From Candidatus Saccharimonadota bacterium (GTDB taxonomy: Archaea > Nanohalarchaeota > Nanosalinia > Nanosalinales > Nanosalinaceae), in assembly GCF_047555085.1 (NCBI RefSeq), contig NZ_CP180230.1, positions 330,001 to 362,000 of the forward strand: DNA of 32,000 bases, given 5' to 3'. Below the pieces are notes generated by a model that was not told where the DNA came from, made no database searches, and saw only the letters and a program-made list of their open reading frames with translations. Shown in pieces: positions 1-7,593 of this stretch (the stretch's first letter is position 1; the number at the start of each line of letters is the position of its first letter). A program made the position numbers and the translations under genes.

Positions 1-140
1 TTCTGGCCTAGAATTCCAGAGGCTTCTGGTACAGTTGAGTCTCCGCCGTCGTTGATTGTTCCGTGATTTTCGTTGCCTGAATGATCATAGGCCTTATCTC
101 CACTTTCTTCGTTGAGAGGCCAGTAGCCGACAAGTGTCAC
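1..140 (-). CDS. LamG/concanavalin-A-like lectin domain protein, N-terminal fragment (gene continues beyond window start)
   Basis: Absent from the ORF track because it is under 60 aa. Minus-strand translation from GTG at 140..138 (in-frame TAA two codons upstream) reads (M)TLVGYWPLNEESGDKAYDHSGNENHGTINDGGDSTVPEASGILGQ. This parallels the N-terminus of the 30771..31430 protein (MVLKAYWPLDETSGSTAYDARNSNNGSLNGG..SGLFGSG), the typical opening of Laminin_G_3-type domains. Confidence 0.5.
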   Translation of the reverse strand, partial: MTLVGYWPLNEESGDKAYDHSGNENHGTINDGGDSTVPEASGILGQ

Positions 141-181
141 GTATTACTGTTGATTATTGTTTGTTAAAAATTTGAGAAGTC

Positions 182-203
182 AGAGGCCTTTTTTGAGGCC
201 TCT
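182..203 (-). terminator. Hairpin (AGAGGCC / GGCCTCT, 8-nt loop) followed on the minus strand by a T5 tract; candidate terminator of the 214..1179 gene
   Basis: Perfect 7-bp inverted repeat built from two AGGCCT copies, directly after the stop at 214. The minus-strand sequence downstream reads ..CAAATTTTTAAC..; that ATTTTTAA could also be the TATA box of the 1..140 gene, about 27 nt upstream of its GTG. Confidence 0.35.
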
Positions 204-213
204 CGGAATTTTT

Positions 214-1179
214 TTAGAGCTGTGTGTGTTCTCCGATCAGTGCGTCGTTGAGGTTGACGTCTTTTATTTTTGCGTGCTGATCTAGGATAGAGTTTCTGAC
301 TTCGGAGTCTATGATTTTTGCGTTGGGGAAGACGATGCTTTTCTTGACTTTGGAGTTTTTGACTTCTGCGCCTTCCATGACGATGGAGTCGTCGTCGACT
401 TCAGAGTCCTTGACTGTTCCCTCGACGATTTTGTCGTCTGTTATGCTTGCGACTGCGTTGAGGTATCCCTGCGGTGTTCCGACGTCGAACCATTCTCCGT
501 CGAAGCTGTAAGCGTACATCTCTCTTTCCTCGTGAGCCCATTCGATAAGCCTTCCTGGCTCATCCAGGTACTGATCCTCCGGTATATCCGTCTCTGCGAA
601 GTGTTCCTCGTATCTGTCGAAGAGATCCAGATCTTCCTCTGGGAAGAAGTACCAGGCGATAGAGGCCAGTGTGGAAGGAGGGACATCAGGCTTCTCCTTG
701 AATCCTACGATCCTGTCGTCGTCGACATCCACGATACCGAACTGTGAGGCCATCTCCTCGCTTTCGACATCGTAGACAACGTTCGCAGGAGCATCTTTCT
801 CCTTCACAAATTCTATGAAGTCTGCTCCGTCAAAGCTCTGATAGTTATCTCCTCCGACGATCACGAGATCGTCTGAGAGGCCTTCGCTTTCTATCAAGTT
901 GATTATGGCGCCGATAGTACCTGGCTTGTCGTGTTCGTTGTCCTGATCCTCTGAAACAACTCTAACATCTTCGAAGTCAGAGGCCTCGACGTATTCGTCG
1001 AAGTCGGGAGCGAACTTGTCGTTCGTCGAGATTATTACTTCGTCGACTTCGCCTTCAAGGTCGTCGAGAATGTATTCGATTATAGGTTTCTCACCGAGCG
1101 GAAGAAGTGGCTTCGCCCGATGCTTCGTAACAGGCCACAGACGTGTGGCGTGACCGCCAGCTAGAATTATCGCTTTCAT
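214..1179 (-). CDS. Sugar-phosphate nucleotidyltransferase (glucose-1-phosphate thymidylyl/uridylyltransferase family) with C-terminal left-handed beta-helix repeats
   Basis: N-terminus MKAIILAGGHATRLWPVTKHRAKPLLPLGEKPII is the NTP-transferase signature G-x-G-T-R-L..K-P-L. The C-terminal ~90 aa show hexapeptide-like periodicity (IVEGTVKDSEV..IVMEGAEVKNSKV..). I chose the ATG at 1179 because the ORF-track start at 1197 is a TTG. Confidence 0.9.
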   Translation of the reverse strand: MKAIILAGGHATRLWPVTKHRAKPLLPLGEKPIIEYILDDLEGEVDEVIISTNDKFAPDFDEYVEASDFEDVRVVSEDQDNEHDKPGTIGAIINLIESEGLSDDLVIVGGDNYQSFDGADFIEFVKEKDAPANVVYDVESEEMASQFGIVDVDDDRIVGFKEKPDVPPSTLASIAWYFFPEEDLDLFDRYEEHFAETDIPEDQYLDEPGRLIEWAHEEREMYAYSFDGEWFDVGTPQGYLNAVASITDDKIVEGTVKDSEVDDDSIVMEGAEVKNSKVKKSIVFPNAKIIDSEVRNSILDQHAKIKDVNLNDALIGEHTQL

Positions 1180-1270
1180 CGCTATCAGATAATACAAAGT
1201 AATACATCACAAGTTAAAAACTCTTACCTTCCGATGGAGATAAATCAATCAGGCCTCTCAAATAACTACG

Positions 1271-2347
1271 ATGGGAGTAATCCTTCACGTCGACATGGAT
1301 GCATTCTACGCCTCAGTAGAGGCCCAGAGAAGAAATATTTCGGGCCCGATAGTAGTCTGCGTCTACTCCGGCCGGACAGAAGACTCCGGAGCAGTATCCA
1401 CGTGCAGCTATGAGGCCCGAGAGCTTGGTATACACGCAGCGATGCCGATAAAAAACGCGAAAAAGATCGCAGATGAATCAGGTAAAGAAGTAAACTTCGT
1501 TGGAATGGACAAAGAGTACTACGATCAGTTCTCCGACGACATAAAAGAAGAGATACTTGAAAAACACACGGAAACGATTGAAAAGGCCTCTATCGACGAA
1601 TTCTATCTTGAACTGGAGACAGAAAACTTTGATGAAGCAGAAGATATAGCGAAAAAGATCCAGACCTCTGTCAATGAAGATTTCGGCGTAACATGTTCTG
1701 TAGGAGTCGCTCCGAACAAGCTAGTGGCCAAGATTGCTTCAGATCAGGAAAAGCCAGAAGGCATCACAGTAATCAGGCCTGAAGAAGTCAAAAATTTCAT
1801 GAGAGGCCTGAAAATGGATGACATACACGGTATAGGAGGAAAGACTGTGGAAAAGCTGAATGATATTGGAATAAGTTCTGTAGAGGCCTTGGCTGAGTCT
1901 GATCCTGCTTTACTGGTCAGAGAATTCGGTGAGAAGCAGGGCCTCAAGTTGAGGGAAAAAGCCAGGGGAGAAGACGATTCTGAGGTCAAGGAGACGCTTC
2001 AGAAACAGGTAACAAGGATAACGACGCTGGAGGAGAACTCCAGAAAGTTTAATCAGGTGAAGAAAGTTTTTCCTGAACTGGCCTCTGATATAATCGAACG
2101 ACTGGAGGAGAAAGATATGGATTTCGGATCAGTATCTCTTATAGTCATCGATACGGATATAGAGATGAGTACACGGGCAAAAAGCCTCAAAAGCCGTGTC
2201 AGAGATGAAGGAGTTCTGATCGAGGAAGGCGAAAAACTGCTTGAAGAATTTCTTCAGAACTCTGACGCTGTTATACGCAGAGTAGGCCTCAGAGCATCCG
2301 ATCTTAAGAAGAGAAAAGGCCAGAAATCGATGGATGCCTTCACCTGA
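1271..2347 (+). CDS. dinB: Y-family DNA polymerase IV (Dpo4/DinB)
   Basis: MGVILHVDMDAFYASVE...IVVCVYSGRTEDSGAVSTCSYEARELGIHAAMPI closely follows the Dpo4/DinB N-terminal catalytic motifs. The 358-aa length is typical. Confidence 0.93.
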   Translation: MGVILHVDMDAFYASVEAQRRNISGPIVVCVYSGRTEDSGAVSTCSYEARELGIHAAMPIKNAKKIADESGKEVNFVGMDKEYYDQFSDDIKEEILEKHTETIEKASIDEFYLELETENFDEAEDIAKKIQTSVNEDFGVTCSVGVAPNKLVAKIASDQEKPEGITVIRPEEVKNFMRGLKMDDIHGIGGKTVEKLNDIGISSVEALAESDPALLVREFGEKQGLKLREKARGEDDSEVKETLQKQVTRITTLEENSRKFNQVKKVFPELASDIIERLEEKDMDFGSVSLIVIDTDIEMSTRAKSLKSRVRDEGVLIEEGEKLLEEFLQNSDAVIRRVGLRASDLKKRKGQKSMDAFT

Positions 2348-2351
2348 AACT

Positions 2352-3026
2352 TCAGACAATCTCAAGTCTCCGTCCTAGATCTTCAAGATCATCTACTTCG
2401 TACTCAGGCCTCACACTGCACTTGATATTGCTTCTGTTGACCAGCGCAGCATCTATACCGGCGTTCTTTGCAGCTTCTATATCTGATTCTTTGTCGCCGA
2501 TGTAAAGAGAAGGCCTCTGCTTCAGTTCCGCTTCAGCAATCTGGATATGATCGGGATGAGGCTTGCGGAGCTTGAGATCGGAGAAACTCTCTACTCCGCG
2601 GTAGAAATCGAAGTAGGCCTTCAACTCGAAAAACTTCATAGTAGTCTCGACAGCACTCTCCGGTGCATTACTTATCAGACCTAGTTTTCTATCTTCTCTA
2701 TGTACGGCATCAAGAAAAACTCTTGCATCGCTGTACAGCCTGAAATCCCCGCTTTTAACCTGCTGGATGCGTGCAAGACTAGTAGTCTCAGCTATAAGTT
2801 TCCAGACGTTTCCCGGATCAAGATCGTATTTTTTACAGGCCTCTATACATTTCTCCCGGCCGTGATCACCGAGGAAAAACTCCATTTCCCTTCTTGAAAG
2901 TCTTTCAGGATTGATGCCTGTCTCATTCAAGGCCTTTTCCACGGCGCTGAACTTCCAGTCCTCGTTCTCCACAAGTGAGTTCAGTATAACGCCGTCCATA
3001 TCAAGAATCACTGATCCATACTTCAT
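2352..3026 (-). CDS. HAD-superfamily hydrolase (phosphatase, beta-PGM/PGPase-like subfamily)
   Basis: HAD motif I ILDMDGVIL, motif II LISNA, and motifs III/IV K..(x)..GDKESDIEAAKNAGI. Confidence 0.85.
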   Translation of the reverse strand: MKYGSVILDMDGVILNSLVENEDWKFSAVEKALNETGINPERLSRREMEFFLGDHGREKCIEACKKYDLDPGNVWKLIAETTSLARIQQVKSGDFRLYSDARVFLDAVHREDRKLGLISNAPESAVETTMKFFELKAYFDFYRGVESFSDLKLRKPHPDHIQIAEAELKQRPSLYIGDKESDIEAAKNAGIDAALVNRSNIKCSVRPEYEVDDLEDLGRRLEIV

Positions 3027-3076
3027 AACAGAAAACTGGAAACTCCTCGTTTAAACAGATTTGTGGAAAACTTTTC

Positions 3077-3256
3077 CTATCCAAAACTACGCATAAAAAA
3101 CACGAACAGGCCTCCAGCAACAGCAAGACAGATTAAAGAGAAGTACACGAATTTTTTCCAGGCCTCTGATCCCTCGCGCCGAAGTAAAAGGCCTCCGGTC
3201 ATCGCTGCAGCAGCCACTACTACAAGCGCAACTATGGTTGAAAGCACTCCGGCCAT
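3077..3256 (-). CDS. Possible 59-aa two-helix membrane protein
   Basis: Hand translation of the minus strand gives MAGVLSTIVALVVVAAAAMTGGLLLRREGSEAWKKFVYFSLICLAVAGGLFVFFMRSFG*. That is two hydrophobic helices joined by a basic loop. It falls below the ORF-track size cut-off, and no homolog is recognised. Confidence 0.3.
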   Translation of the reverse strand: MAGVLSTIVALVVVAAAAMTGGLLLRREGSEAWKKFVYFSLICLAVAGGLFVFFMRSFG

Positions 3257-3405
3257 ACCTCTAAAATTGATTTTCCCGATAAAAAATCTTCTGTTGAAAA
3301 ACCTTTACCGGTAAAAAGTTTACAGGCCTCAAACAAATTTACAACAGATGCCAGCGGTCGAAAATTACAGAATCTTCTCGGCCCGGCAGAAACAGAAAGT
3401 TTCGT

Positions 3406-3494
3406 GCCAGCGTGGCGGAGTCTGGCTGAACGCGGCAGATTCGAGATCTGCTGGCCCATATGCGGCCTCCCCGGTTCAAATCCGGGCGCTGGCG
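3406..3494 (+). tRNA. tRNA-Ser (anticodon CGA), class II with long variable arm, no encoded CCA, no intron seen
   Basis: Acceptor stem GCCAGCG/CGCTGGC with discriminator G. Anticodon stem GCAGA/TCTGC has loop TTCGAGA, giving anticodon CGA. The long variable arm is GGCCCATATGCGGCCTC and the T arm is CCCGG-TTCAAAT-CCGGG. Confidence 0.9.
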
Positions 3495-3496
3495 AT

Positions 3497-4678
3497 TCAA
3501 TTTCCAATTATGATTCTTTCTCCTTGAGGCCTGAAAATTGCTCCTGAAAGTATTCGAGGCCTTTCAGCTTCTATAGTTATCGATCCTTTCCAGAGGCCTG
3601 AGATTTTTGTGGAGTTGGCTAGATTGAAGGTGGCCTGTCCATTCAAGGCCTCGAATACGGAGGAAGATTCTGACTGGAAAATCGAGGATACGTTGAAGTT
3701 CTGTCCGCTTACTTCGTGTGTTGAGTTCGAGATGCATTCATTGACTGGGCCTCTTTTGTCGCAGATTGCTAGATCGCTTTTGTATTTTATCAGTACGATT
3801 CCGGAGCCTCCGTTTCCTCCGTTTCCTCCGTCTCCACTGTCTGTTGTTCCTGATCCTCCGCCTCCTCCTGTGTTTGGCATTCCGTTTTCTCCGTTATCGT
3901 TTACTCCTTGCCCTCCGTTTCCTCCGCCTCCAAGGCCTCCGGTTGCCCATTCTGATGGGCTGTAAAGATAGTCTCCTGATGTTGAGGATCCGTCATGTGA
4001 TCCTCCTCCCCCTCCTCCGGCGAAGTATCCGTTTTCTCCGTATTCATCTCCGAAGACGTCTCCAAGGTATATTCCTTGTCCGCCGTCTCCCGGTTTTCCG
4101 CTGGTTCCTGTTGTACCTGTTTCTCCTGGCTCTGTTGCTCCTCCGCCTCCTCCATGATTGTACCAGCTGTTTGACTGTCCGTTTCCTCCGTCATTTACGT
4201 ATCTTGAAAGATTGTCCGAGCTGGCTGTCAGGCCGTTTCCTCCTGTAGTTGTACCTCCTCCACCAGAGCCTCCATCATTTCCCTGTTCTCTTCCACTGTA
4301 TGATCCTCCTCCGCCTCCTCCCAGCGCAGTGATGCTTCCGAATTCTGAGTTTTCTCCATTGTTTCCATCCTGTGCTGTACCTGTTCCGTCACCGTCTCCG
4401 CCTAGGCCTCCAGCTCCGACTGTTATACTGTAGTTATCTTTTGAAATATTGATTGTGCCATAGACTGCTTCTCCTGCACCGCCTCCACCTCCGTGTCTGC
4501 CGGCACCTCCGCCTCCTCCACCTACTACAAGTATAGTTGCTTCATCGACGTTGTCAGGAACGTCCCACGTATGTGTGCCGACTGCTGTAAAGGCCTCTAC
4601 TTTCTCTTCTGCGGAGACAGTGACTGTGAGGGAGAGAACTAGAAAAATCATTAAGAACGCTGCGTATATTTTTCTCAT
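3497..4678 (-). CDS. Secreted glycine-rich protein (ALK-type 'Gly_rich' / polyglycine-II-like domain) with a Cys-containing beta-rich C-terminal domain
   Basis: Sec-type signal peptide MRKIYAAFLMIFLVLSLTVTVSA|EEK. It is followed by FTAVGTHTWDVPDNVDEATILVVGGGGGGAGRHGGGGGAGEAVYG..ITVGAGGLGG..GGGGGGS.., the pattern of the glycine-rich protein family. Runs of 5-6 Gly recur through about 300 aa. The stop lies 2 nt from the tRNA-Ser 3' end. Confidence 0.8.
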   Translation of the reverse strand: MRKIYAAFLMIFLVLSLTVTVSAEEKVEAFTAVGTHTWDVPDNVDEATILVVGGGGGGAGRHGGGGGAGEAVYGTINISKDNYSITVGAGGLGGDGDGTGTAQDGNNGENSEFGSITALGGGGGGSYSGREQGNDGGSGGGGTTTGGNGLTASSDNLSRYVNDGGNGQSNSWYNHGGGGGATEPGETGTTGTSGKPGDGGQGIYLGDVFGDEYGENGYFAGGGGGGSHDGSSTSGDYLYSPSEWATGGLGGGGNGGQGVNDNGENGMPNTGGGGGSGTTDSGDGGNGGNGGSGIVLIKYKSDLAICDKRGPVNECISNSTHEVSGQNFNVSSIFQSESSSVFEALNGQATFNLANSTKISGLWKGSITIEAERPRILSGAIFRPQGERIIIGN

Positions 4679-4807
4679 TTTTTCAGGAGGCCTCTAAGTT
4701 AACTTGTTTCCGGGTGTTTTTGATGTTTTTCTGGAGAGGGCGTCTGGGTGCCCCGAGTTTTTTATTCGATCCATCCATTTTGACTTTTGTTAGTTTACTG
4801 GTTAGTT

Positions 4808-5674
4808 ATGGCTCAGATTGGAAGCATTAAAGTTGAGACTTCGTCTGGAATTGTTTCTGTCCCTGTGTTTGATCTTGATGATGCTAGTTCTCAGGAGAAC
4901 GATTTTTTGAGGGTTAATACTGGCTCAGGTGTTGGTTTTATTCCTCTCGCTGACAGGAGTAGTGCAGCTTTCCCCTATATTAGGATTCAGACGGCGAATG
5001 GCGTCCTGGCAGCGGATGATAGCATTGTTGAGGAACTTTCCTATTATCTTGAGGATGACTGGAATGATAACAGGCTTTCAAGCAGGAACGGGAGCACTAG
5101 CGGAGGGTCGTACACTGCAGATGATGGAGAAGTTTTGGATACGGCCCGTTACAGGCCTGAATGGACTTATGATGGTGATGGGCTGTCTATCAATGCTCGT
5201 AATGAGAGATTGGAAATTACGGGTGGTACAGGAAATAACAATCATGGATATATGTATACTTCCTCGGAACTGAACTGCGGAACTTTTGAGTGGGATATTC
5301 AGCTAGGAGGGTACACTAGCGATGATTATCATGCGAACAACTGTTCTTTCCAGTTCATGAGGCAGGATGCTAACAACAAGTTGCAGTTAACAGTCAGTAT
5401 AAAATCAGGAGTGGTATTATCCAAGACGGAATCGGGGACAGGCACTACGTTAGTGAGCAACTCAAACGCTATCAAGGGAACGACAACTAATCATACTGTG
5501 CGGATAGAAGTGGAGCCAAATGGAGATGTAGAGCTTTTCATAGACGATGTAAGTCAGGGGAAGGCCTCAAATTCATTCCTGCCAGACTCCAACGAGTTTA
5601 GAATAACTTTATTCGACGACGCTAACGACACTTGGCACACTCAGTACTATATAGACAATCTTAGACTTGGATGA
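4808..5674 (+). CDS. Hypothetical protein: three short N-terminal beta-repeats plus C-terminal ConA-like/LamG-like jelly-roll
   Basis: ATG at 4808; the ORF-track start at 4787 is a TTG. N-terminal repeats are SIKVETSSGIVSVPVFD / FLRVNTGSGVGFIPLAD / YIRIQTANGVLAADD. The C-terminal half (..HTVRIEVEPNGDVELFIDDVSQG...YYIDNLRLG) has the typical LamG/ConA closing strands. No signal peptide. Confidence 0.7.
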   Translation: MAQIGSIKVETSSGIVSVPVFDLDDASSQENDFLRVNTGSGVGFIPLADRSSAAFPYIRIQTANGVLAADDSIVEELSYYLEDDWNDNRLSSRNGSTSGGSYTADDGEVLDTARYRPEWTYDGDGLSINARNERLEITGGTGNNNHGYMYTSSELNCGTFEWDIQLGGYTSDDYHANNCSFQFMRQDANNKLQLTVSIKSGVVLSKTESGTGTTLVSNSNAIKGTTTNHTVRIEVEPNGDVELFIDDVSQGKASNSFLPDSNEFRITLFDDANDTWHTQYYIDNLRLG

Positions 5675-5686
5675 AGATTTCTTTAG

Positions 5687-5736
5687 AGGCCTTATACAGT
5701 CTCTCTAGAATTTCTTGAGAGAAGTTTCTAAGGCCT
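5687..5736 (+). terminator. Imperfect hairpin closed by AGGCCTTA / TAAGGCCT after the 4808..5674 stop
   Basis: An 8-bp perfect stem formed by two AGGCCT copies, with an inner CTCTC..GAGAG pairing. It is followed by the T/A-rich tract tcttttaatatttta, which may also be the thermosome TATA region. Confidence 0.3.
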
Positions 5737-5742
5737 GATATC

Positions 5743-5779
5743 TTTTAATATTTTAACATACATCATCAAAAATAGGTGA
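5743..5779 (+). promoter_or_regulatory. Candidate thermosome TATA element (TTTTAATA, 5743..5750) and Shine-Dalgarno-like AGGTGA (5774..5779)
   Basis: An A/T-rich octamer lies about 43 nt upstream of the ATG at 5789. AGGTGA lies 9 nt upstream of the ATG and is complementary to the conserved 16S 3' end. Confidence 0.4.
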
Positions 5780-5788
5780 ACTTGTATT

Positions 5789-7456
5789 ATGCCAGGATTA
5801 GGAGGACAACCGATTTTTGTTATGTCGGAAGATGCTGAACGTCAAACCGGTGAAGATGCTCAACAGAATAATATTGAGGCCTGTAAGACCGTGGCGAATG
5901 CGGTGCGTACTACTTTAGGCCCGAAAGGTATGGATAAGATGATGGTGGATTCCGTCGGCGATCTTGTTGTTACGAACGACGGAGTTACTATTCTTGATGA
6001 GATGGACTTGGAGCATCCAGCTGCCAAGATGATGGTTGAAGTCGCCGAGACTCAGGAAGAGGAAGTCGGCGATGGAACAACTACAGCTGTAGTCTTGGCT
6101 GGAGAGCTCCTGAAGCAGGCGGAGGATCTCCTTGATCAGGATATCCATCCGACAGTTATTACAAAAGGATACAGACTGGCACGTGAGAAAAGCACTCAGG
6201 TGCTTGAAGATATTTCCGAGGACGTCGATCTTGATGATGAAGATGTTCTTGAGAAAGTTGCGATGACGGCGATGACCGGTAAGTCAGCTGAATCCGCAAG
6301 AGAGTATCTGGCGGAGATCGGTGTCAAGGCCGTTAGACAGGTAGCTGATCAGACTGGCGACAGAATGATTGTTAACAAGGATAATATCAAGCTTGAGAAG
6401 AAAGGCGGTGGCTCTGTAGAGGATACAGAGCTTGTTCAGGGAGTAATCCTTGACAAGGAACGTGTCCAGTCCGGAATGCCTTCGTCAGTCGAGGATGCGA
6501 AGATCGCTCTGCTTGATTCTCCTATCGAAGTCAAGGAGACAAGTACTGATGCCGAGATCAACATCTCCGATCCAAGCCAGATGAAAAACTTTGTAGAACA
6601 GGAGGAAGAACAGCTCAAGGAGATGGTGGAAGCTCTGGATGATGCAGGAGCAAACGTTGTTATCTGCCAGAAAGGCATCGACGACATGGCTCAGCACTAT
6701 CTGGCCAAGAGAGGAATTTTCGCTATCAGAAGAGTTTCAAGCGGAGACATCCAGAAACTTGCCAACGCAACAGGAGCAAACATAATCACAAATATTACAG
6801 GAATAGAGGCCTCTGATCTTGGAGAGGCAGGAACTGTAGAGCAGCAATACATCGGCGGAGAGGCCATGACTTTCGTACAGGACTGTCCAGAGGCCAAGTC
6901 TGTTTCCGTCCTCATCAGAGGAGGAACAGATCACGTAGTCGACGAGATCGAAAGAGCGATGGAAGACGCTATTGGAGCAGTATCCTCAGCCATCCAGCAC
7001 GGTAAAGTAGTCGGTGGGGGAGGAGCAACAGAAGTCGAACTGGCTCAGGATCTCAGAGACTACGCTGACTCAATCGGTGGAAGAGAACAGCTTGCCATCA
7101 ACGCTTTCGCAGATGCACTGGAAGTTATTCCAAGAACACTGGCAGAAAACGCAGGCCACGATCCTATCGACACGCTTGTCGATCTGAGAAACCAGCATGA
7201 TGCCGGAAAGAAGATGGCGGGCATCAACGTTGCCTCAGGTAAATCGGAGGAACTCTACGAACAGGGAGTAGTTGAGCCACGACAGACAAAGACACAGGCA
7301 GTACAGTCTGCTTCCGAATCAGCTGAGATGATTCTGAGGATCGACGATGTCATCGCAGCCAAAGGATTCGACGCCGACGGCGGACAGGGCGGAGGCCCAC
7401 CAGGCGGACCTGGAGGAGGCCCAGGCGGAGGAATGCCTGGCGGCGGCCTGATGTAG
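5789..7456 (+). CDS. ths: Thermosome subunit (group II chaperonin, Cpn60/TCP-1 family)
   Basis: Motifs [35 protein letters not shown] and GGGATE match across the full length. The C-terminal G/P/M-rich tail is [25 protein letters not shown]. Confidence 0.97.
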   Translation: MPGLGGQPIFVMSEDAERQTGEDAQQNNIEACKTVANAVRTTLGPKGMDKMMVDSVGDLVVTNDGVTILDEMDLEHPAAKMMVEVAETQEEEVGDGTTTAVVLAGELLKQAEDLLDQDIHPTVITKGYRLAREKSTQVLEDISEDVDLDDEDVLEKVAMTAMTGKSAESAREYLAEIGVKAVRQVADQTGDRMIVNKDNIKLEKKGGGSVEDTELVQGVILDKERVQSGMPSSVEDAKIALLDSPIEVKETSTDAEINISDPSQMKNFVEQEEEQLKEMVEALDDAGANVVICQKGIDDMAQHYLAKRGIFAIRRVSSGDIQKLANATGANIITNITGIEASDLGEAGTVEQQYIGGEAMTFVQDCPEAKSVSVLIRGGTDHVVDEIERAMEDAIGAVSSAIQHGKVVGGGGATEVELAQDLRDYADSIGGREQLAINAFADALEVIPRTLAENAGHDPIDTLVDLRNQHDAGKKMAGINVASGKSEELYEQGVVEPRQTKTQAVQSASESAEMILRIDDVIAAKGFDADGGQGGGPPGGPGGGPGGGMPGGGLM

Positions 7457-7464
7457 AAAAATTT

Positions 7465-7530
7465 GGAGAGGCCTCAACGCCTCCACATTTTACCTTCATT
7501 TCTTGTTTTCTTGCCTGTTTTTCTTTCAAA
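7465..7530 (+). terminator. Hairpin GGAG(A)GGC/GCCTCC followed by a long T-rich tract
   Basis: Located 9 nt after the thermosome stop. The stem includes an AGGCCT copy. Downstream cattttaccttcatttcttgttttcttgcctgtttttctttc contains several oligo-T runs, the usual archaeal termination signal. Confidence 0.45.
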
Positions 7531-7540
7531 GTTTCCACAG

Positions 7541-7550
7541 ATTATAAATA
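7541..7550 (+). promoter_or_regulatory. Candidate TATA box (ATTATAAATA) for the pilus-like operon
   Basis: About 48 nt upstream of the ATG at 7594. A GAGG at 7577..7580 could serve as an SD element. Confidence 0.35.
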
Positions 7551-7593
7551 GGCCTGAACGTAATTTTCCTTGTAAAGAGGTATTTTCCAGTAT

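Noticed and set aside
3063-3314. 83-aa plus-strand ORF
   Set aside because: It has a GTG start, a low-complexity Ala/Thr/Pro-rich translation and no motif. The opposite strand gives a more plausible small membrane protein.
3232-3507. 91-aa minus-strand ORF
   Set aside because: It is fully occupied by the tRNA-Ser gene on the opposite strand, and its translation has no protein-like features.
3609-4433. Several long plus-strand ORFs (3609..3965 P-rich, 3766..4248 L/R-rich, 4158..4433 P-rich) and a minus-strand alternative-frame ORF (3901..4194) inside the glycine-rich gene
   Set aside because: They are mirror or alternative-frame artefacts of the GGN-codon runs, since Gly codons read as Pro on the antisense strand. 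Only the 3497..4678 frame has a signal peptide and a recognisable family pattern.
3406-5788. Integrated mobile or viral element at tRNA-Ser carrying the glycine-rich and ConA-like genes
   Set aside because: I see no integrase, no other phage or plasmid genes, and no direct repeat of the tRNA 3' half. The only nearby repeat is the 8-mer TGCCAGCG (3349..3356 versus 3405..3412), at the 5' end and too short to count. A programmatic search for the tRNA 3' 20-40 nt elsewhere in the genome would settle it.
7350-7456. G/P/M-rich C-terminal tail of the thermosome as an anomaly
   Set aside because: Flexible Gly/Met-rich C-terminal tails are a well-known feature of chaperonins (GroEL GGM repeats and thermosome tails). 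The Pro enrichment is only a minor variation.
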